NCBI GenBank assembly: GCA_002162825.1
Contig: MAAU01000011.1
Location: forward strand, 27,573 to 91,572
Length of the DNA: 64,000 bases
Direction: 5' to 3'
Source of the DNA: Gammaproteobacteria bacterium 54_18_T64
GTDB lineage: Bacteria; Pseudomonadota; Gammaproteobacteria; Pseudomonadales; Porticoccaceae
The notes beneath the pieces were generated by a model that saw only the letters and a program-made list of their open reading frames with translations, made no database searches and had not been told where the DNA came from. Below are positions 27,323-35,898 of the stretch, one piece after another. Position 1 is the first letter of the stretch, and each line of letters starts with the position of its first letter. The translations under genes were made by a program, and so were the position numbers.

Positions 27323-28870
27323 ATGGCCAGTAGAAGCACCCCTCTATCCTCTGACCCCCGTGTTAACCCCCTGCTTGCGGGACAGCACTGGGGACTCTCC
27401 GTTGGTGAGAGCATTGCCTTGAGTTACAGCATCCCCCAGGGTAGTGCTTTTTGGGTAGCCAACTACGCCGGTAACGAGCCCTCGGCCTGGAGCGCCCTTA
27501 GCGCCGCGGAAACCAGCGCCTTTCAGCAGGCCCTAAATACATGGGGCGAGGTTGCCAACATCGACCTTACCCAGGTCGCCGACGCTGAAACCTATGGCGA
27601 CATCCGCGTTGCCTTTAGCCAGCTGGTCAGCGACGACCCCACCGCTGCTGCCTGGGCCTATATCCCGGGCGATCCGGAGGAGTCGGGCGATATCTGGCTG
27701 GATCGAACCTCCGGAGGCTCCTACCAGGCCGGCTCCTTCGGCTATGCCACCTTTCTCCATGAGATCGGCCATGCCCTGGGTTTAGGCCACCCCTTTGAAA
27801 CAAAAGTCGCTAACAACAGCCTACTAACAGGTGACGAAAACAGCACCCAGTACAGTGTCATGAGCAACGAGGATTTCGAGGGTGCGGGCTTTACCTTTAC
27901 CCCCACCGGGCCCAATTCCTACAGCTGGCACCCGGTACAAGTGACGACGCCGATGTTGTACGACATCCTCGCCATTCAGTATCTCTACGGCGCCAATACG
28001 AGCACCCGCACGGGTGACGACACTTACACCTTTAGTAACAGTAGCGCCGAGTTACAAGCCATTTGGGATGCCGGTGGCAGCGACACCTTTGATTTATCGA
28101 ACCAAAACCTGGCCCTGCAGGTGAATCTCAATGCCGGTCAGTTTAGCTCCATCGGCATTAAGGAAACCTGGCAAGACGGCCAGGGCATCGTAGTTTCGGC
28201 CGCCAGTGACAATGTCGCCATCGCCTATGACGTGATTATAGAAAATGTCATTGGCGGTTCCGGTGACGATGTCTTGACCGGGAATCAGGCGGGCAACCAG
28301 CTCAGCGGTGGCCCGGGTAGTGACACTTTAATTGGCGGCCAGGGCATTGATACGGCGATCTATACTGAAAACTTTGCCAGCTATGCCCTCAGTACTAATC
28401 AGTCCCTGCAAATATTGGTCAATGAGCTAAGCAGCGGGGACAGCGATACCTTAAGCGAAATTGAATGGCTGCAATTTAAGGATCAAACCATTGCCGCTGC
28501 GGTGTTCAACGGCAATGTGCCGCAAAACCCCGACGAGGTGATATTAAATCCCAACGAGGGCAGTGAAAATCATATTAATTATTTTTTATTGTCCCTACCC
28601 GAGGCCCTCGCCACCGAGGCCTCCGTCGAATATAGAACCCTCGATGGTACTGCCCTCGCCGGCCTCGATTACAAGGCCACCAGTGGCCTTGCGGTTATTG
28701 CCGCGGGCCAAACAAGTGCGGTGATTGCTGTCGAAATCATTGCCGACACGATAGCCGAGGCCGACGAAACCTTCTTTCTCGAAGTCAGTAACCCCATCGG
28801 TGCCAATTTCCCCGAGGGCGAAATCATCCTCACCGCCATGCGCACCATTATTAATGACGATTTTGTTTAG
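27323..28870 (+). CDS. serralysin-like M10 zinc metalloprotease with RTX Ca-binding repeats and a C-terminal Calx-beta domain
   Basis: 515 aa. HEIGHALGLGH zinc site and a Met-turn (YSVMSNE). Nonapeptide repeats GGSGDDVLTGNQAGNQLSGGPGSDTLIGGQGID. Calx-beta-like segment EYRTLDGTALAGLDYKATSG...ADETFFLEVSNP. No N-terminal signal peptide. The protein ends NDDFV. Confidence 0.85.
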   Translation: MASRSTPLSSDPRVNPLLAGQHWGLSVGESIALSYSIPQGSAFWVANYAGNEPSAWSALSAAETSAFQQALNTWGEVANIDLTQVADAETYGDIRVAFSQLVSDDPTAAAWAYIPGDPEESGDIWLDRTSGGSYQAGSFGYATFLHEIGHALGLGHPFETKVANNSLLTGDENSTQYSVMSNEDFEGAGFTFTPTGPNSYSWHPVQVTTPMLYDILAIQYLYGANTSTRTGDDTYTFSNSSAELQAIWDAGGSDTFDLSNQNLALQVNLNAGQFSSIGIKETWQDGQGIVVSAASDNVAIAYDVIIENVIGGSGDDVLTGNQAGNQLSGGPGSDTLIGGQGIDTAIYTENFASYALSTNQSLQILVNELSSGDSDTLSEIEWLQFKDQTIAAAVFNGNVPQNPDEVILNPNEGSENHINYFLLSLPEALATEASVEYRTLDGTALAGLDYKATSGLAVIAAGQTSAVIAVEIIADTIAEADETFFLEVSNPIGANFPEGEIILTAMRTIINDDFV

Positions 28871-28877
28871 GGGCTCT

Positions 28878-28951
28878 CTATCAAAAATTCCGCTATTTAA
28901 ACGCCCACTATCTAAAAGCTCGTTATCTCAAAGCCGCTGATATAAACCCTC
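28878..28951. repeat. degenerate tandem array with a period of about 15 bp (consensus near CTATCTAAAANCCCG), 4-5 copies
   Basis: Copies: CTATCAAAAATTCCG, CTATTTAAACGCCCA, CTATCTAAAAGCTCG, TTATCTCAAAGCCG, CTGATATAAACCCTC. The array sits in the convergent intergenic gap. Confidence 0.5.
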
Positions 28952-29062
28952 TCTTATTTTAAGGGCGGTATTGGCTAAGTACTATCGTCATGAGTCCCTG
29001 TGAAACAGGCTGTAATTCGGCCTATGGCAATGCCGCTACAAAGCCCTTATTCAGCTAAGTCA

Positions 29063-29830
29063 TTATTCAACCAAGCCCTTCAATAACACACCGGCACCGT
29101 AGGCCAGCATTGCGGCAACGCCACCTATGGCGACGGTTTCAACGGCTCCCAACAAACGCGATTGATTGACGAAGCGTGCCTTCACCGCCCCCACCCAAAG
29201 AAATGCCGTCGCCGTTAACGTCGAGCTCCAAAAAAAGGTCGCCGCCACAGCACCGGGACTTACCCAGTTGAGCAGGTAGGGCAATAAGGGGATCAGCCCC
29301 ACCAGAGAAAAGGCCACAAAGGTCGCCAAACCCGCCTTACCCGGATCGTGGTCCTGTAAACTCATGCCGTGCTCTTCCTGTAGCATGGTATCGATCCAGC
29401 GCTCATTGTCGGCGGTAATCACCTCCACCACCTGGTCGAGTAATTCGCCCTCAAAGCCTTTCAGGGCATAAATTTGCCTGACCTCCTCACGCTCACCCTC
29501 CGGCCATTTCTGAATTTCGTCCTGCTCGCGTCTGCGGGTCTGGGCGCGAAATTGGTTCTCCGCCCGCGTGCCGAGATAATTGCTAATCGCCATGCTGAAA
29601 CCGTCGGCCAGCAAATTGGCAAAACCCAAAATAATAATCACCCCGGCGGACATACCCGCACCGGCAACGCCGGCCACCACGGCAAAGGTGGTCACCGCAC
29701 CATCGACGGCACCGTAGACAAAGTCTTTAAGGTACAGCGAGCTGGGGCCATGCTGCAGTCGCTTGGCGATTCTCTCCGGGGTGTGAATGGCCTGATAGGT
29801 GGCTTTATCTTCGTGTTTTAGCTGGCTCAT
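29063..29830 (-). CDS. VIT1/CCC1-family iron/manganese transporter
   Basis: 255 aa from the ATG at 29830. Contains [22 protein letters not shown], a charged cytoplasmic loop, and C-terminal TM segments. The 68-codon upstream extension in the track ORF was rejected. Confidence 0.88.
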   Translation of the reverse strand: MSQLKHEDKATYQAIHTPERIAKRLQHGPSSLYLKDFVYGAVDGAVTTFAVVAGVAGAGMSAGVIIILGFANLLADGFSMAISNYLGTRAENQFRAQTRRREQDEIQKWPEGEREEVRQIYALKGFEGELLDQVVEVITADNERWIDTMLQEEHGMSLQDHDPGKAGLATFVAFSLVGLIPLLPYLLNWVSPGAVAATFFWSSTLTATAFLWVGAVKARFVNQSRLLGAVETVAIGGVAAMLAYGAGVLLKGLVE

Positions 29831-30207
29831 CGTAAAACTGCTTTCTCCAATTCCAGTAGACCAAAGAACACATTGCCCGCCTTTTGTTCCCGAAAAACTT
29901 AACGCGCAGATTCGCCAGTACAGAAATACCTGTACAGCTAAATACTCGTCACACCTTGGGGTAAAAGGCCTGCAATATACTACCCCAAAGACAGCGCCGA
30001 GGCCGCCGAATCGCCCGGCCAGCGCCAATGACACACTACAGAGGCTTCACCACAGAGCAATACTGCACAACGAGGCAGCTATGCTCAACACAGTCAGGCT
30101 GACCGTAGCCCAAGGTCAAACAGCATTGACTTTAAGCACTCAGGGGTGCGAACCTAAGTCGATAAATTACAAATAATAATCGCTAACTCGTCTAAAGGTA
30201 TTGCCCT

Positions 30208-31827
30208 ATGTCTACGCATAATCACTACGATGCCATCATTATCGGCGCCGGTGTCTCCGGCCTCTACCAACTCCACCGCCTGCGCGAAGCCGGGTACTCC
30301 GTGCGCCTCTACGAAGCTGCCGATGGTGTCGGCGGCACCTGGTACTGGAATCGCTACCCGGGCTGTCGCTTTGACTCGGAAAGTTATACCTATGCCTATT
30401 CCTTTTCCGAGGAATTACTCGAGGAGTGGGACTGGAGCGAGCACTTTGCCGGTCAGCCCGAGACCCTCGCCTATCTCAACCACGTCGCCGATAAATTCGC
30501 TTTGCGCGAAGACATTCAGTTCAATACCCGCATTAATTCCGCCATCTACGACGAGGACAACAGCAGCTGGTCAGTAGAGGGAGAAAATGGCGAGCGCGCC
30601 AGCAGTCAGTTTTTAATTATGGCCACCGGCATACTCTCCGCCGTGCAATTCCCCGACATTCCCGGCATCGACGATTTTAAGGGCGAGTACTTTCACACCG
30701 CGCGCTGGCCCCACGACCCGAATAGTCTCGGTGGTGACAAAAGCGTCTATACCGGCAAGCGTGTCGCGGTGATTGGCGCCGGTGCCAGTGCCGTCCAGGC
30801 CATCCCCCACATCGCCGCCGATGCACAAGATCTGGTGGTATTCCAGCGCACCGCCAACTGGGCATCGCCGCTGTTTAATAGCGCCATCAGTGCCGCCGAG
30901 CAACCGGCCCTCAAGGCCTCCTACCCGGAGATCTTCAAGGCCTGCGATACCACCGCCGGGGCCTTCGTCCACCAGTTTGACCCCAGATCCATCTACGATG
31001 TCAGCGCCGACGAGCGCAACGCCCTGTTTGAAAAGCTCTATAAAGAAAGGGGTTTTGCCATTTGGCTATCGAACTTCCCCGAGGTCATGACCGACATGAA
31101 GGCCAATAAACTGCTGTCGGACTTTATGGCCGCTAAAATTCGCCAGCGTGTCGACGATCCCGCCATTGCCGACAAACTGGTGCCCGGTGCCCACGGCTTC
31201 GGTCAGCGCCGCGTGCCCATGGAGACCCATTATTACGAATCCTACAATCGAGACAATGTACATCTGGTCGACCTCAACAAAACGCCCATCGAATCCATTA
31301 CCGCAACGGGGGTCAACACCAGCGACCGGGAATATGAGTTTGACGTGATTATTTACGCCACCGGCTTCGACGCCGGTACCGGTGCCATATCGCGCATCGA
31401 CGTGCGCGGCACGGATGGGCAGAGCATTAAGGAAAAATGGTCGCAAGAATTGCGCACCTATATGGGTATGCAGGTCGAGGGCTTCCCCAATATGTTCATC
31501 CATATTGGCCCCCACGCTGCCTTCTGTAATATTCCCCGCTGCGCCCAGGTTAGCGTCGACTGGGTCAGCGATTTAATCGCCCACATGCGTGAACAAAAGC
31601 TGGCCAGTGTGGTGCCCACAGAAGCCGCCGAAATTGCCTGGACCGCACACGCCGTCGAGGAGGCCAATAAGACCCTGTTGAGTAAAACCAACTCCTGGAT
31701 AATGGGTGACAACGTCGCCGGTAAGCCCCGCGCCCTACTACTCTATGCCGGCCCGACACCCCTGTTTCGCAAGCGGATAAACGAATGCGCCGCCAATGAC
31801 TACGAGGGGTTTAGCTTCAGCCAATAA
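30208..31827 (+). CDS. type I Baeyer-Villiger (flavin-dependent) monooxygenase
   Basis: 539 aa. Two Rossmann motifs (GAGVSG, GAGASA) and the BVMO fingerprint FKGEYFHTARWP. Confidence 0.88.
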   Translation: MSTHNHYDAIIIGAGVSGLYQLHRLREAGYSVRLYEAADGVGGTWYWNRYPGCRFDSESYTYAYSFSEELLEEWDWSEHFAGQPETLAYLNHVADKFALREDIQFNTRINSAIYDEDNSSWSVEGENGERASSQFLIMATGILSAVQFPDIPGIDDFKGEYFHTARWPHDPNSLGGDKSVYTGKRVAVIGAGASAVQAIPHIAADAQDLVVFQRTANWASPLFNSAISAAEQPALKASYPEIFKACDTTAGAFVHQFDPRSIYDVSADERNALFEKLYKERGFAIWLSNFPEVMTDMKANKLLSDFMAAKIRQRVDDPAIADKLVPGAHGFGQRRVPMETHYYESYNRDNVHLVDLNKTPIESITATGVNTSDREYEFDVIIYATGFDAGTGAISRIDVRGTDGQSIKEKWSQELRTYMGMQVEGFPNMFIHIGPHAAFCNIPRCAQVSVDWVSDLIAHMREQKLASVVPTEAAEIAWTAHAVEEANKTLLSKTNSWIMGDNVAGKPRALLLYAGPTPLFRKRINECAANDYEGFSFSQ

Positions 31828-31847
31828 ATTGAAGGCCGCCAATGAAA

Positions 31848-31877
31848 GGGCCCCAATAGCCGGAACTATTGGGGCCC
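31848..31877. terminator. perfect 12-bp-stem hairpin between convergent genes (probable bidirectional terminator)
   Basis: GGGCCCCAATAG-CCGGAA-CTATTGGGGCCC. It is followed by TCTT on the plus strand and TTTCATT on the minus strand. Confidence 0.6.
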
Positions 31878-32000
31878 TCTTAGCAATGTCTACCCGGCCG
31901 TTCACCCTACAACTTGTCGTTTGGCCGAAACCCTCTCAATTGAGGATGTTCAATTCAAGTCAATCAATTGAGGACAGGGGCCTGGCGCACGGTAAGGCGA

Positions 32001-32378
32001 CTAATTAAGATCCACGGCATATTGTTTTAACAGTGCCATCGGCGCCAGGTGCAGGGCCTTAATATGGGTTTTTTGCAAATGCACCCGCGGTGCCATATCG
32101 CACTCCACCGCCTCCAACCAGCGCGCCGCACATAGACACCAGCTGTCCCCCGGCTTTAGACCCTTAAAATCATATTCTGGTACAGGGCTAGACAGGTCGT
32201 TGCCGCGAAATCTTGAAAACTCCAAAAACTCTTTGGAGACTTCAATGCAAACGGTGTGTGATCCCAAGTCATCACGACAGGTATTACAGTGACCATCGCG
32301 AAAAAAACCGGTCACAGGGTCTTCACCACAGAGCCCTAACTTTTCACCAAAGACATTCAGCGATTCTTCCATTTTCAT
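32001..32378 (-). CDS. DUF2237-family protein
   Basis: 125 aa from the ATG at 32378, with GGGAG SD upstream. Contains CGEDPVTGFFRDGHCNT and WCLCAARW. Confidence 0.75.
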   Translation of the reverse strand: MKMEESLNVFGEKLGLCGEDPVTGFFRDGHCNTCRDDLGSHTVCIEVSKEFLEFSRFRGNDLSSPVPEYDFKGLKPGDSWCLCAARWLEAVECDMAPRVHLQKTHIKALHLAPMALLKQYAVDLN

Positions 32379-32502
32379 AGCACCTGCTCCCTTACTCAAT
32401 CATTCAAATTTTATTATTTATTGGCTAGCAGAGTGAAAAACATAGCCCAGGCAATTTCCCCCTATCCTTGAGCACCAGGTCGCGCTGCCGGTAAAGCTTG
32501 TC

Positions 32503-32844
32503 TTACGGTAAGCGTAGCTGCCACCGCCCCCCATGCTCAAGAGCACAGGCCTCCTCCGTATCAAAATGCACCTGCCGCGCCGTATCTTTAAGGGCGATGC
32601 CCACGGCACGCAGTTTATCGCCAATTAAACTGCGCAAAAAGTCGTCCTGCTTGGCCAGCAAGGCACCTGACAGTTCGTTCTGCGTCGCGAAGATGCAATG
32701 CACCGACAGTGAAGCCGGGAATTGGCTGTACTTGACCCGGTGGGTCAGCCATTCAAAGCCCGCCACTTCGTCGTGAGCAATCTCACAGACCTGGGTCAGT
32801 GCCTCGACAATGGCTTTTTCAATTTTCTTGTCGGTTTTTTTCAT
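32503..32844 (-). CDS. hypothetical protein
   Basis: 113 aa with an ATG start, 25 nt downstream of the ytoQ-like gene. No family confidently recognised. Confidence 0.55.
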   Translation of the reverse strand: MKKTDKKIEKAIVEALTQVCEIAHDEVAGFEWLTHRVKYSQFPASLSVHCIFATQNELSGALLAKQDDFLRSLIGDKLRAVGIALKDTARQVHFDTEEACALEHGGRWQLRLP

Positions 32845-32869
32845 GGGATCTTACTAGCGCGATGCCCCT

Positions 32870-33313
32870 TCACTCTTTGTTGATAACATATTTCAATATT
32901 TCCACCACTTGCTCCGGCGTCGTAGCCCAGGCCATCGCCGCCCCATCGACCTCTTTGAGGGGATGAATTACATCCTCACCGTGAAGAGTAATATAGGGCG
33001 TGCCCAGTGCCGCACAATAGCCAGCATCAAAGGCTGCATTCCACTGCTTATACTGATCGCCAAAACGCACCACCGCCAGATCACAATTCTCAATCAGGTT
33101 TTTGGTGCGTATGGCATTCACCTTCGCCGACTTATGGTCGCGCCAAAAGCCGACCTCTTCTCCACCCAGCATATCTCCAGCACCATCACTGGCTTCGTGG
33201 TCGGTAACGGCGGAGGTAAAGGTAACTGCCAGCTTGTCGGCCTCACAGCCCTGTTTTAATTGCTGCCGCCAATCGGTATGAATTTCTCCGGAGAGATAGA
33301 TATTCCAGATCAT
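32870..33313 (-). CDS. YtoQ-family protein (nucleoside 2-deoxyribosyltransferase-like fold)
   Basis: 147 aa with the YtoQ-like N-terminus IYLSGEIHTDWRQQ. Confidence 0.7.
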   Translation of the reverse strand: MIWNIYLSGEIHTDWRQQLKQGCEADKLAVTFTSAVTDHEASDGAGDMLGGEEVGFWRDHKSAKVNAIRTKNLIENCDLAVVRFGDQYKQWNAAFDAGYCAALGTPYITLHGEDVIHPLKEVDGAAMAWATTPEQVVEILKYVINKE

Positions 33314-33482
33314 GTGGTTCCCTTTTCTACTTGATAGATGAGAGCAACTTCATGCGCTGTTCATTTAAAGAGCTGCATGAGTTAATAATCAGCTGTCAAT
33401 TTTTCTTGGCAAACTGAGAAGCCTTTCTTACAGAGGTCGTTCGAACATACTATCGCTACTTGAGCACTACATAGCACGCCCA

Positions 33483-34742
33483 TCAAGGCAAACGTCTATT
33501 AATTTCCAAGCCCAGTGTCTCCGCCATTTGCTCTCCACTCAACGGCCCCAAGCGCCCCTCAAGATCACCACTAGTCGACTGTCGATTACCCGACATGGCG
33601 ATGCGCGCCACGACTTCGATTTGCGCAATAGCACTGGGCAAGCGCTCGGGCGACAGGGCCATGCTGTCATCAAACTGAATACTGAGAGGCAGGTCGGCCA
33701 CTCGCACGCGCTGTGCCACCAGTGGCATCGGTCTGCCCTGCCACTCTCGCAGATAGATAAATACGGTGGCATCCGCCGGAGCTACCAGGGGAGCCGGCAG
33801 TGAAATATTGAGGCGCATGGACCAAGTATTGAGGACTTCACCCGACAGGGCTTTGGCGCGGCTAATGCCGGAGCGAAGGGCTGCGGCACTACCCGACATC
33901 GGTGCTGTATTTTTTAAGGCCGCTTGCCAATAGGTACTGGCCCCAAGGTAGTCTTGCTGGGCGAAGGCGGCTATGCCCAATAAGCCGAGGGCACTGGCAT
34001 TGTTGGGCTCGGCCGCCAGGGCTTTATGGGCGTGGGACTGCATTTCCTCGGTGGGGGTATTGTCGGCCAGAGAAAATAAGACCTGGGCCAGTTCCGCGTG
34101 CAGACTGCCATCATCTGGGGCGACAACTAAGGCACCCTTATAGGCTGTTGCCGCCGCCTTAAAATCCTTGCGCTCTTGCTCCATGCGTGCCAATAAGACC
34201 CAGTAGTAGAGGTTGTCGGGGCTTCTATGAGTGCCCTCTCGCAATGCCGCGTGTAGTTGCTCGGCGCTAGCACTGTTGACATCCTGCCCCGCCGCTTGCT
34301 GGCTTTGTTGCAGCAGTTCGACAATCTCCAAATCGCTGGCGGCACCGAGCTGATCATAGAGAACCAGGGAAAAGGACAACAGCAAAAATGCTGCACCAAT
34401 CAGCAACCAATTACCACCTTGAGCATCGCTGACCTGTGCAGCACTGGGGCTGTGATTCTCCTTGGATTTTGCATCCTGTAGTAGGCGTCTTTGCGCATCG
34501 GCCAGTAATTCGGCGTATTCCTCCTCAGCCAGTTCACCGGCATCCCGCTGGGCCTCGAGATACATTTGTTGTTCTCGAAACAGACCGACATTAAGTTCTT
34601 GCTGTTGGTCTTCGCAGCCTGTTGCGACGCTCTGACTCACGGCAAGCCTGCCACGGCGCCGTTTGACAGAGGGAATAAAACCGTAGAGCAGAAAACTCAA
34701 AGCCATCACCAAGAAGGCACTTACCAGTAACCAGAAACTCAC
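33483..34742 (-). CDS. ccmI: cytochrome c-type biogenesis protein CcmI (CycH)
   Basis: 419 aa with two N-terminal TM segments and a TPR-rich periplasmic domain. The GTG start overlaps the ccmH stop. It is the last gene of the ccm operon. Confidence 0.85.
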   Translation of the reverse strand: MSFWLLVSAFLVMALSFLLYGFIPSVKRRRGRLAVSQSVATGCEDQQQELNVGLFREQQMYLEAQRDAGELAEEEYAELLADAQRRLLQDAKSKENHSPSAAQVSDAQGGNWLLIGAAFLLLSFSLVLYDQLGAASDLEIVELLQQSQQAAGQDVNSASAEQLHAALREGTHRSPDNLYYWVLLARMEQERKDFKAAATAYKGALVVAPDDGSLHAELAQVLFSLADNTPTEEMQSHAHKALAAEPNNASALGLLGIAAFAQQDYLGASTYWQAALKNTAPMSGSAAALRSGISRAKALSGEVLNTWSMRLNISLPAPLVAPADATVFIYLREWQGRPMPLVAQRVRVADLPLSIQFDDSMALSPERLPSAIAQIEVVARIAMSGNRQSTSGDLEGRLGPLSGEQMAETLGLEINRRLP

Positions 34743-35308
34743 TTAGATTCAGCCTCTTGTCGATTCGCCGCTGTGTCTTGCTGAGTGTCTGCTTGCTTTA
34801 ACAGGGCCTGCAAGGCCTCCCGCTCGCTGTCACTTAGCTCAGTTGGTATGGCGCTAGCACCACGTTTTTGACGCCGCACAACGAAGACGACGATAAGCAC
34901 ACCGAGTAGCAGTAACACCGCCGGTGCCAACCACAGTAAATAGGTGCTGGCCTGTACCTTGGGCCGGTAGAGCACAAACTCACCGTAGCGGGCGACCAGG
35001 TAATCGCTAATTTCAGTATCGCTCGCGCCCTCTTCGAGCAGGCGGCGGATTTGGGAGCGCAGATCGACGGAGATCGGCGAATCCGATTCCGCCAGGTTTT
35101 GATTCTGGCATTTGGGGCAGCGGTACTCGGCCACCAGCTTTTGATAGCGCTCACTCAAGGCCGGAGTCGACAGGCGATCAACCTCTATCAGTCCCCAGGC
35201 GGAGAGGCAAAATAGGCCAAACATGCATGCCACAAGGGCATTTTTCAACTGCGCAGGCAAACCCTGGCTGGTCTGCCAAATGTGGTATTGGTAGCGGCGG
35301 CCGTTCAT
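34739..35308 (-). CDS. ccmH: cytochrome c-type biogenesis protein CcmH
   Basis: YRCPKCQNQNLAESDSP motif and a C-terminal TM segment. The ATG at 35308 overlaps the ccmG stop (ATGA). A shorter start at 35224 is possible. Confidence 0.85.
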   Translation of the reverse strand: MNGRRYQYHIWQTSQGLPAQLKNALVACMFGLFCLSAWGLIEVDRLSTPALSERYQKLVAEYRCPKCQNQNLAESDSPISVDLRSQIRRLLEEGASDTEISDYLVARYGEFVLYRPKVQASTYLLWLAPAVLLLLGVLIVVFVVRRQKRGASAIPTELSDSEREALQALLKQADTQQDTAANRQEAESK

Positions 35309-35895
35309 TCGGCACCGGTGGCTAAGGCATCGACTAGCCCTTGATAGCGTGACTGCAGTTTGGTGCGCCACACCCTGTCGTCGACCACGCCGACATGCTT
35401 GTAACGAATCACCCCGAGATGGTCAACTAAATAGGTTTCGGGAGCACCAAAGACGCCGAGGTCGAGACCCAGGCCGCCCGTGGGGTCGGAAATGGTTTGC
35501 GCATAGGGGTCGCCGAATTTGGCTAGCCACTGCTGAGCGGGCTCGACCTCGTCCTTGTAATTGAGGCCAATAATGCGCACACCACTCTCGGCAATATCGA
35601 GCAGGTAGGGGTGCTCTACCCGGCAGGAAATGCACCAGGTAGCCCAGACATTTAACAACGAGACATGGCCGAGAAAGAGTGTCTCATCGAGTATATCGGC
35701 CTCGTCGATAAGCGCCGTAGCACTGCCATCATCCGCCAGCTGCAACTGTCCCAGCTCCGGCAGTTGAAAGGCCGGTACCGAACGGCTAATTAGGGCCGAG
35801 GGCATGGCATTGGGGTCGCGACCCAGGCCCCAGTAGAGCATGGCGGCGAGTACCACAAAAATCATCAAGGGAATAAACAGTTTTATTCTATCCAC
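35305..35895 (-). CDS. ccmG: thiol:disulfide oxidoreductase CcmG/DsbE
   Basis: 196 aa with a GTG start, an N-terminal anchor and the thioredoxin motif WATWCISC. Confidence 0.92.
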   Translation of the reverse strand: MDRIKLFIPLMIFVVLAAMLYWGLGRDPNAMPSALISRSVPAFQLPELGQLQLADDGSATALIDEADILDETLFLGHVSLLNVWATWCISCRVEHPYLLDIAESGVRIIGLNYKDEVEPAQQWLAKFGDPYAQTISDPTGGLGLDLGVFGAPETYLVDHLGVIRYKHVGVVDDRVWRTKLQSRYQGLVDALATGAE

Positions 35896-35898
35896 AGA

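Noticed and set aside
28990-29058. 22-codon ORF MSPCETGCNSAYGNAATKPLFS in the convergent gap
   Set aside because: It has no SD or promoter and lies in a 3' intergenic region. It is too short to support without conservation data.
29831-30034. 68-codon N-terminal extension of the VIT1/CCC1 gene, and a possible yybP-ykoY Mn riboswitch in the same stretch
   Set aside because: The homologue-like N-terminus starts at the ATG at 29830. The minus strand has GGGGTAGTA, which is reminiscent of the riboswitch GGGGAGUAG box. I cannot find the second conserved half or the four-helix layout. It is noted only as a region to scan with a covariance model.
29799-30176. 125-aa plus-strand ORF in the VIT/BVMO intergenic region
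   Set aside because: It overlaps the VIT start, has a Pro/Thr/Arg-rich composition, and has no SD or family resemblance.
13527-33400. Genomic island integrated at tRNA-Leu
   Set aside because: The accessory genes lie on the 5' side of the minus-strand tRNA, not the 3' side used by integrases. I see no integrase and no direct repeat of the tRNA 3' end.
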